Below, piece by piece: positions 49,316 to 56,094 of a stretch of DNA of 56,094 nucleotides. The stretch is taken from positions 1 through 56,094 of the forward strand of contig CAUJIC010000071.1 in NCBI GenBank assembly GCA_963205305.1, written 5' to 3'. A model generated the notes under the pieces. It did no database searches. It saw only the letters and a list, made by a program, of their open reading frames with translations, and was not told where the DNA came from. Made by a program: the position numbers and the translations under genes. The stretch is from Pseudomonadota bacterium. Its GTDB lineage: Bacteria; Pseudomonadota; Alphaproteobacteria; Rickettsiales; UBA3002. Each line of letters opens with the position of its first letter. The stretch's first letter is position 1.

Positions 49316-49807
49316 ATGGCCTCAGTTTCGCAGTTTGCGCGTTCGTTTTTGCTCACCGAGCTGGTTTCGGGCTTGGGGCTGACGCTGAAATATTTTTTCC
49401 TCAAAAAAGCGGTAACGATTAACTACCCTTATGAGAAGGGGCCGCTATCGCCTCGTTTCCGTGGTGAGCACGCGTTGCGCCGCTACGCTAATGGCGAGGA
49501 GCGCTGCATTGCGTGTAAGCTGTGCGAGGCGATTTGCCCCGCGCAAGCCATTACCATCGAAGCGGAAACGCGCGACGATGGCTCGCGCCGCACCACGCGC
49601 TACGATATTGATATGACCAAGTGCATTTATTGTGGCTTCTGCCAAGAGGCGTGCCCCGTGGATGCAATTGTGGAGGGGCCCAACTTTGAATACGCCACCG
49701 AAACGCGCGAGGAATTATTCTATAACAAGCAGAAGCTTTTGGATAACGGGGATCGCTGGGAGCCAGCGATTGCCGCGAATTTGAAGGCCGATGCACCTTA
49801 CCGCTAA
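49316..49807 (+). CDS. nuoI: NADH-quinone oxidoreductase subunit I
   Basis: Two 4Fe-4S motifs, [12 protein letters not shown] and [12 protein letters not shown]. Confidence 0.95.
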   Translation: MASVSQFARSFLLTELVSGLGLTLKYFFLKKAVTINYPYEKGPLSPRFRGEHALRRYANGEERCIACKLCEAICPAQAITIEAETRDDGSRRTTRYDIDMTKCIYCGFCQEACPVDAIVEGPNFEYATETREELFYNKQKLLDNGDRWEPAIAANLKADAPYR

Positions 49808-49870
49808 ACTACTTGTGACCCTACCATTCATCCACTAAGGCAACCTAAAAGAAACGAACGCACAGAACTT

Positions 49871-50491
49871 ATGATCACCGATGTAACCAGTGTATTGTTC
49901 TACGTTTTTGCGACCATCCTGATGATGGCGGCGCTGGCAGTGATTACCTCGAAAAACCCTGTTCATTCGGTGTTCTTCCTTATTGTTGCGTTCTTCAATG
50001 CGGCGGGTTTGTTTGTGTTGCTGGGTGCGGAATATATCGCGATGACGCTGGTGATTGTCTATGTCGGTGCGGTGGCGGTGCTGTTCCTGTTCGTGGTGAT
50101 GATGCTCAACATCAATTTCGAAAAATTGCGGACGGGGTTCACCAAAAATTTGCTATTGGGTGTAGGCGTGGCAGTGGTGCTATTCACGGAATTGGCGGCG
50201 CTACTTTATGGTTCCATCCTTAGTCCTGCGCCGCTGGCGGGTGCCTCAAGCCCCATCCCCGATGCGACATTGACCAGCAACGCCCATGCAGTTGGCCGTG
50301 TGCTCTACACCGATTACCTCATTGCCTTCCAGCTTTCGGGCGTCATTTTGCTGGTGGCCATGATTGGCGCCATTGTGCTGACCCATCGCCAGCGCGCTGG
50401 GGTTAAACGCCAAGTGATCAGCGAGCAAATGGCGCGCACACGCGCCGATGCGGTATCGCTCGTTAATGTGAAATCAGGGGAGGGCATCTGA
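49871..50491 (+). CDS. nuoJ: NADH-quinone oxidoreductase subunit J
   Basis: 206 aa. ...[56 protein letters not shown]. Confidence 0.93.
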   Translation: MITDVTSVLFYVFATILMMAALAVITSKNPVHSVFFLIVAFFNAAGLFVLLGAEYIAMTLVIVYVGAVAVLFLFVVMMLNINFEKLRTGFTKNLLLGVGVAVVLFTELAALLYGSILSPAPLAGASSPIPDATLTSNAHAVGRVLYTDYLIAFQLSGVILLVAMIGAIVLTHRQRAGVKRQVISEQMARTRADAVSLVNVKSGEGI

Positions 50492-50859
50492 TGGAAGAAG
50501 CAGCGACCAATGTCGTAGTGAATGCCGCCCCAATAGCGCATGCGCTTTATGGCTCCATCACCATTGGCCATTATGTGATGCTGGCGGCATTGCTGTTTGT
50601 GACAGGCATTGCGGGAATATTTCTGAACCGTAAAAATATCATCACCTTGCTGATGAGCATCGAGTTGATGCTGCTTTCGGTGAATATCAATTTTGTCGCG
50701 TTCTCGGTGAAGCTCGGCGATTTGGGTGGCCAGATTTTTACCCTGTTCGTGCTCACCGTTGCCGCGGCTGAAGCGGCGATTGGCCTTGCTATTCTGGTTG
50801 TCTATTACCGCAACCGCGGCACGATTGATGTGGAAGATATTGCGAGCTTGAAAGGCTAA
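50491..50859 (+). CDS. nuoK: NADH-quinone oxidoreductase subunit K
   Basis: ...[30 protein letters not shown]... The N-terminus is ~20 aa longer than usual, so the true start is uncertain. Confidence 0.9.
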   Translation: MEEAATNVVVNAAPIAHALYGSITIGHYVMLAALLFVTGIAGIFLNRKNIITLLMSIELMLLSVNINFVAFSVKLGDLGGQIFTLFVLTVAAAEAAIGLAILVVYYRNRGTIDVEDIASLKG

Positions 50860-50860
50860 T

Positions 50861-52819
50861 ATGTTGTCGTTGAACGAAATGATTGTGCTGACTGTTTTCC
50901 TGCCGCTGTTTGGCGCGCTGGTGACGGGGCTGTTCGTTCGTAATATTGGCGATAAGCGCGCGCAACTGCTTACCTGCATCCCCATGGTGCTTTCGGCTGT
51001 GCTGGCATTGGCGGTGTTTTTGAATGTGACAGGGCACGAGGTGGTACGCACCGTGCCTGTGCTGACATGGATTGTTTCGGGCGATTTTGTGACCCATTGG
51101 GCGCTGAAGGTGGACGTGCTGACAGCAATTATGCTGGTGTTGGTGACGTGGGTTTCCGCCATCGTTCATGTGTATTCGGTTGGCTATATGAGCCACGATG
51201 ACCACAAACCCCGCTTTATGGCGTATCTCTCGCTGTTCACGTTCAGCATGCTGATGCTGGTGACGGCGGATAATTTCATTCAGCTCTTCTTCGGATGGGA
51301 GGGGGTTGGCCTATGCTCGTATCTGCTTATTGGGTTCTGGTTCAAAAAGCCAAGCGCCTGTGCGGCGGCCATGAAGGCGTTTATCGTCAACCGCGTGGGT
51401 GATTTTGGCTTTGCGCTGGGCATTGCGGCGGTGTTTCTCACCTTCGGTTCGGTCGATTTTGCGACCGTATTTAAAGCCGCTTCAGATTTCCATGCCACCA
51501 CGCCTGAGGCAAGCTGGAACATTTTGGGTATGAACTTGCCTGTGATGGACACGATTTGCTTGCTGTTGTTCATGGGCGCGATGGGTAAATCGGCGCAATT
51601 CATGCTGCACACCTGGCTACCCGATGCGATGGAAGGCCCCACGCCTGTATCGGCACTCATCCACGCAGCAACCATGGTGACGGCGGGTGTGTTCATGTTG
51701 GCGCGTTGCTCGCCACTGTTCGAGCTTGCGCCCACGGCCCTGATGGTGGTGACGTATATCGGCGCGATCACCGCATTCTTTGCGGCGACGATTGGCTTGG
51801 TGCAGAACGATATTAAGCGCGTGATTGCGTATTCCACCTGTTCGCAACTGGGCTATATGTTCTTCGCGTGCGGTGTTTCGGCCTATAACGCGGCGGTGTT
51901 CCATTTGTTCACGCACGGGTTCTTCAAGGCGCTGCTGTTCCTTGGTGCGGGCTCCGTTATCCATGCCATGAGCGGCGAGCAAGATATGCGGAAAATGGGC
52001 GGTATCTGGCGCAAAATTCCGTATACCTACGCATTCATGTGGATTGGTTCGCTAGCACTGGCGGGGATTCCGCTGTTTGCGGGCTTCTACTCGAAGGATG
52101 GCATTTTGGAAGCTGCCTATGCGGCAGGCACCACACAAGGGTCTGTGGCATTTAGCCTTGGTATCGCCGCCGCGTTGATGACGGCATTCTATAGCTGGCG
52201 GTTGTTGTTCATGACCTTCCACGGCACACCGCGCGCTGACCACCACACCATGGAACATGTGCACGAATCACCGCGCATTATGTTGCTGCCGCTGGTGCCG
52301 CTGGTGCTGGGCGCTATTTTCGCGGGTGCGATTGGCTATTATGGTTGGGAAATTCTCGATCCATCGCTTACCTTCTGGAATGGTGCGATTACAATTCTCG
52401 GCCATGGTGAACATGGCGAGCATCATGCGCCGTTCCTTATCCACCACGCACCGCTGATTGCTGGGGTAAGTGGCATTAGCTTAGCATATCTGTTCTATAT
52501 CCGCCGCCCTGAGCTACCTGTGCTCCTCAAAATGCGCTTTCAGGGGCTCTATAAATTCCTGCTCAATAAATGGTATTTCGACGAGCTGTATGATCGTATC
52601 TTTGTGCGCCCAAGCATCGTTCTTGGCCGCTGGTTCTGGAATGCGGTGGACACCAAGGTGATTGACCGCTTGGGGCCAAACGGCGCAGCGTTCGTCAGCC
52701 GCGCGGTGGCATTGCGTAGCGCGAAATTACAAACTGGATTCCTCTATCACTATGCCTTTTCCATGATCATTGGCCTGTTGGTGCTGATGAGCTGGCTGGC
52801 TTACACGGTAATTCGCTAA
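50861..52819 (+). CDS. nuoL: NADH-quinone oxidoreductase subunit L
   Basis: 652 aa. ...FFGWEGVGLCSYLLIGFW..., ...GKSAQFMLHTWLPDAMEGPTPVSALIHAATMVTAG... Confidence 0.95.
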   Translation: MLSLNEMIVLTVFLPLFGALVTGLFVRNIGDKRAQLLTCIPMVLSAVLALAVFLNVTGHEVVRTVPVLTWIVSGDFVTHWALKVDVLTAIMLVLVTWVSAIVHVYSVGYMSHDDHKPRFMAYLSLFTFSMLMLVTADNFIQLFFGWEGVGLCSYLLIGFWFKKPSACAAAMKAFIVNRVGDFGFALGIAAVFLTFGSVDFATVFKAASDFHATTPEASWNILGMNLPVMDTICLLLFMGAMGKSAQFMLHTWLPDAMEGPTPVSALIHAATMVTAGVFMLARCSPLFELAPTALMVVTYIGAITAFFAATIGLVQNDIKRVIAYSTCSQLGYMFFACGVSAYNAAVFHLFTHGFFKALLFLGAGSVIHAMSGEQDMRKMGGIWRKIPYTYAFMWIGSLALAGIPLFAGFYSKDGILEAAYAAGTTQGSVAFSLGIAAALMTAFYSWRLLFMTFHGTPRADHHTMEHVHESPRIMLLPLVPLVLGAIFAGAIGYYGWEILDPSLTFWNGAITILGHGEHGEHHAPFLIHHAPLIAGVSGISLAYLFYIRRPELPVLLKMRFQGLYKFLLNKWYFDELYDRIFVRPSIVLGRWFWNAVDTKVIDRLGPNGAAFVSRAVALRSAKLQTGFLYHYAFSMIIGLLVLMSWLAYTVIR

Positions 52820-54537
52820 TGTCGCATCTGCTTACATCGCTCATTGTGTTGCCGCTGGTTGCGGCGGTCGTCACCTATTTTTCGGGGCGCAACGAGGCCA
52901 CGGGCGCCAACGCCGCACGCTGGATTGCACTCATTTCCACGGTCATCGTCTTCCTGCTATCGCTGATGTTGCTGGGTGGCTTTGATGGCGCGAGTGCGGA
53001 GTTCCAGTTTGTTGAAAACGCACCATGGTTTGCAGGGTATAACATCAGCTATCACCTTGGGGTGGATGGCATTTCGCTGTGGCTGGTGCTGCTGACCACC
53101 TTCCTGATGCCGATTTGTGTGCTGTGTAGCTGGAAATCCATCACCACCCGTGTGGCGGAATTCATGGCGCTCTTCCTTGTGCTCGAGGCGTTGGTCATCG
53201 GCACCTTTGTGGCGCTCGATTTGCTTCTGTTCTATCTCTTCTTCGAGGCGGTACTGATTCCGATGTACCTCATCATTGGTATTTGGGGCGGCAAAAACCG
53301 CATCTATGCCTCGTACAAATTCTTCCTCTATACGCTCGCGGGTTCGGTGTTGTTCCTGCTTGCGGTGCTGTATCTCTACTTCACCTTCAACACGACGGAC
53401 ATCCCAACCCTTATCGCCCAAGCGCCCAGCATGGGACTTGCCACGCAAAAATGGCTGTGGCTAGCACTGTTCGCGAGCTTCGCCGTGAAGGTGCCGATGT
53501 GGCCTGTGCACACATGGTTGCCCGACGCCCACGTACAAGCGCCCACGGCTGGCTCGGTCATTCTGGCGGGTATTTTGCTCAAACTCGGTGCCTATGGCTT
53601 CCTGCGCTTCTCGTTACCTATGCTCCCCGAGGCGTCGCACTATTTCGCAAATTTTGTGTTCGTGCTCAGCATTGTTGCTGTGGTCTATACCTCGCTAGTG
53701 GCGCTGGTGCAGGAGGATATGAAAAAGCTGATCGCCTATAGCTCGGTGGCGCATATGGGCTTTGTGACACTGGGTATTTTCAGCTTCACCCAACAAGGGG
53801 TGGATGGTGCGGTGTTCCAAATGATCTCGCACGGGGTGGTATCAGGCGCATTGTTCCTCTGCGTGGGCGTGGTCTACGACCAAATGCACACCCGCGAAAT
53901 CAAGGAATATGGCGGCGTGGTGAACGTGATGCCGTATTTCGCGGCGTTCTTCATGCTGTTCACCATGGCCTCGGCAGGGTTGCCTGCGACATCAGGATTT
54001 GTGGGTGAAATTTTGGTGCTGGTGGGCACCTATCAGGCGGCGCCATGGGCAGCTGCGTGGGCGGCTACGGGGCTTATCCTTGGTGCGGCCTACATGCTCT
54101 GGCTCTATCGCCGTGTGGTGTTTGGCGAAGTAGCTAATGCCCATGTGAAAGCGTTAAAAGACATGAACACCGCGCAGTGGTTCTACTTTGTGCCGCTCGC
54201 GATTGCCGTGCTGTGGCTGGGGATTCACCCAACTTCGGTGAGTGGTTCGATTGAGCCGAGCACAAAAAAACTCCTGACACAAGTGTCGCGCCAGACCACT
54301 GAAGCGGCACCTGTGGTGAATGAAGGGGCAGAGGAGGGTGAGGCAAAACCCGCCGCCGATGTGACCCCCGCGAAAGAACCTGCCAAGGCCGAAGTGAAGC
54401 CTGAGGCGAAGATCGAAACGAAACCTGAAGTCAAGACTGAGGTCAAGCCCGTAGCGAAAGCCAAAAAGGCCGCGCCAAAATATAAGAAACGTCGAGTGGT
54501 CGCCCAGCCAGACCCCAACGCAATCGAGGAACACTAA
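52819..54537 (+). CDS. nuoM: NADH-quinone oxidoreductase subunit M with ~80-aa K/E/P/A-rich C-terminal tail
   Basis: ...FAVKVPMWPVHTWLPDAHVQAPTAGSVILAGILLKLG... TAATG overlap with nuoL. 572 aa, about 80 aa longer than the conserved core. Confidence 0.95.
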   Translation: MSHLLTSLIVLPLVAAVVTYFSGRNEATGANAARWIALISTVIVFLLSLMLLGGFDGASAEFQFVENAPWFAGYNISYHLGVDGISLWLVLLTTFLMPICVLCSWKSITTRVAEFMALFLVLEALVIGTFVALDLLLFYLFFEAVLIPMYLIIGIWGGKNRIYASYKFFLYTLAGSVLFLLAVLYLYFTFNTTDIPTLIAQAPSMGLATQKWLWLALFASFAVKVPMWPVHTWLPDAHVQAPTAGSVILAGILLKLGAYGFLRFSLPMLPEASHYFANFVFVLSIVAVVYTSLVALVQEDMKKLIAYSSVAHMGFVTLGIFSFTQQGVDGAVFQMISHGVVSGALFLCVGVVYDQMHTREIKEYGGVVNVMPYFAAFFMLFTMASAGLPATSGFVGEILVLVGTYQAAPWAAAWAATGLILGAAYMLWLYRRVVFGEVANAHVKALKDMNTAQWFYFVPLAIAVLWLGIHPTSVSGSIEPSTKKLLTQVSRQTTEAAPVVNEGAEEGEAKPAADVTPAKEPAKAEVKPEAKIETKPEVKTEVKPVAKAKKAAPKYKKRRVVAQPDPNAIEEH

Positions 54538-54539
54538 GC

Positions 54540-56006
54540 ATGGATAGCAGCTTTGAACTTGCCGAATTTGCACTGATTACGCCGGAACTGATTGTACTGG
54601 CGGGTGCGTTGCTTTTGCTGGCGTTTGGTGCATTCCGCGGTGCGCGCGCCACTGGCGGCATTACGCTGCTTTCCATGGGCGTGATGATCTCAGCGGCTTA
54701 TTATGCGTGGCCAGGCGTTAGCCTTGGCGAGGGCGCGGATGCGTTCAACGATATGATTGCGATTGATAACTTTACCCAGTTTGTGAAGGTGATGGTGCTG
54801 ATTGCCTCGACCTTGGTGGTTGGCATGAGCTTCGACTGGCTGGCCATTGGCCCGCACAAAAAGTTTGAATACCCCATTTTGGTGCTGCTTTCGACCGCGG
54901 GCCTCATGGTTTTGGTCTCGGCGAATGATTTGCTGACGCTGTATCTTGGCCTTGAGTTATCGTCGCTCTCGCTCTATGTGCTCGCCACGTTCGACCGCGA
55001 TAATGCAACCAGCTCCGAAGCAGGCGTGAAGTATTTTGTGCTGGGTGCACTGGCCTCGGGCATGCTGTTGTTTGGGGCGAGCTTGGTCTACGGCTACACG
55101 GGCACCACCAATTTCAGCGCGATGACCGATTTATTCGCCGCCACCGAAGAATCGCAAGCCACGGCGGCCTATGGCGCGGTGGTGGGCATGGTGATGCTGA
55201 TTGTGGCGCTGTGCTTCAAAATCTCGGCGGTGCCATTTCATATGTGGACGCCCGATGTGTACCAAGGTGCGCCAACGCCTGTGACCATGCTGTTTGCCAC
55301 CGCACCTAAAATTGCGGCGATGGCGATTTTCATTCGCCTGCTGATGGATCCGTTTGCGAATCTGCTGCCCGATTGGCAGAATATTTTGGCGATTATCGCC
55401 GTGGGCTCGATGATGGTCGGTGCGTTTGGAGCGCTGACCCAAACCAACATCAAGCGCCTGTTGGCCTATGGCTCTATCGGCCATATTGGCTATATGCTGA
55501 TTGGTTTGGCGGCGGGCACGCCTGAAGGCATTAAAGGCGTGCTGATTTATTTCGCCCTCTATTTGTTCATGAGCGTGGGCACGTTTGGCTTTGTGCTGTT
55601 CATGCGCCGTGCGGGCGAACAGGTGGAGAATATCTCCGACCTTGCAGGATTATCGAAAACCAGCCCACGCGGGGCGCTATTCATGCTGCTGATGATGTTC
55701 TCGATGGCAGGGATTCCGCCATTCGCGGGCTTCTACGGGAAGTTCTTTATTTTCCTCAGCGCCATTCAATCCGAGCTCTATGTGCTGGCGGTGGTGGGCG
55801 TGCTCACCTCGGTGGTGGCGGCGTTCTATTACTTACGGATTATCAAGGTAATGTATTTTGATGAGCCTGTGCTTGGCCTCGAGCGCCATGTGCCGCTATT
55901 CAGCCAAGCGGTGCTGCTTATTTGTGCGCTTGTGACAGCGCTGTTTTTCCTCTACCCTGCGGGCTTGTTGAATGCAGCAAGCGCTGCCGCGGGAGTATTT
56001 AGTTGA
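54540..56006 (+). CDS. nuoN: NADH-quinone oxidoreductase subunit N
   Basis: 488 aa. ...FKISAVPFHMWTPDVYQGAPTPVTMLFATAPK... Confidence 0.95.
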   Translation: MDSSFELAEFALITPELIVLAGALLLLAFGAFRGARATGGITLLSMGVMISAAYYAWPGVSLGEGADAFNDMIAIDNFTQFVKVMVLIASTLVVGMSFDWLAIGPHKKFEYPILVLLSTAGLMVLVSANDLLTLYLGLELSSLSLYVLATFDRDNATSSEAGVKYFVLGALASGMLLFGASLVYGYTGTTNFSAMTDLFAATEESQATAAYGAVVGMVMLIVALCFKISAVPFHMWTPDVYQGAPTPVTMLFATAPKIAAMAIFIRLLMDPFANLLPDWQNILAIIAVGSMMVGAFGALTQTNIKRLLAYGSIGHIGYMLIGLAAGTPEGIKGVLIYFALYLFMSVGTFGFVLFMRRAGEQVENISDLAGLSKTSPRGALFMLLMMFSMAGIPPFAGFYGKFFIFLSAIQSELYVLAVVGVLTSVVAAFYYLRIIKVMYFDEPVLGLERHVPLFSQAVLLICALVTALFFLYPAGLLNAASAAAGVFS

Positions 56007-56094
56007 TGGCCAAGGCTGCCGATAAAACACTGCTGAACGACTACCACCTCCTTTCGTATGACGTGCTGGATAGCACCAATTCGGAAGCCAAACG
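56006..56094 (+). CDS. birA: Biotin--[acetyl-CoA-carboxylase] ligase, first ~29 codons (3' end beyond window)
   Basis: ATGA overlap with the nuoN stop. MAKAADKTLLNDYHLLSYDVLDSTNSEAK contains the BirA N-terminal ...LDSTNSEA motif. birA commonly follows nuoN in Alphaproteobacteria. Confidence 0.6.
   Translation, partial: MAKAADKTLLNDYHLLSYDVLDSTNSEAK

Overview
56-kb chromosomal segment of an alphaproteobacterium, judged from the 16S rRNA signature and conserved gene orders.

Core content, left to right:
- proS (5'-truncated by the window), lolC-lolD, dnaE, fumC
- rseP-dxr-cdsA-uppS-frr-pyrH and tsf-rpsB on the minus strand
- bdhA-patatin-terC, radC, a LOG-family gene
- a stand-alone 16S rRNA gene with no spacer tRNAs and no 23S
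- queH, tRNA-Leu(TAA), a cinA-like gene, map, an SDR, hup, tRNA-Val(TAC), tRNA-Asp(GTC)
- a complete nuoA-N operon, then the first codons of birA

I saw no transposase, integrase, CRISPR array or recognisable defence or toxin gene. About a dozen ORFs fit no family I recognise (6.6-10.2 kb, 17.5 kb, 28.0-32.4 kb, 33.1-34.3 kb, 38.1 kb).

Strongest lead: five of these orphan transcription units are each preceded by a Pho-box-like 7-4-7 direct repeat (CTGTCAY-N4-CTGTCAY). The box lies 48-96 nt before the start codon and in the same orientation. I saw no such repeat upstream of the housekeeping genes. This suggests an uncharacterised PhoB-type regulon (phosphate starvation, or a related OmpR-family regulator) of lineage-specific proteins.

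Other notable points:
- The 16S gene is a self-contained unit with its own UP-element promoter, a 35-nt leader/trailer processing stem and a terminator.
- A compositionally distinct 1.7-kb three-gene insertion splits the normally contiguous tsf-pyrH junction.
- A duplicated 3' end of tRNA-Leu lies 214 nt from the real gene (att-scar-like).
- Five extra ORFs are translationally coupled inside the nuo operon: a GNAT, a 3-TM protein, two exported proteins and a small PH-like protein.
- Long low-complexity tails or insertions occur in RpsB, NuoM, NuoC and EF-Ts.
- A secreted intradiol-dioxygenase-like protein appears to lack its iron ligands.

All similarity statements rest on by-eye motif recognition. 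No database search or computation was possible.
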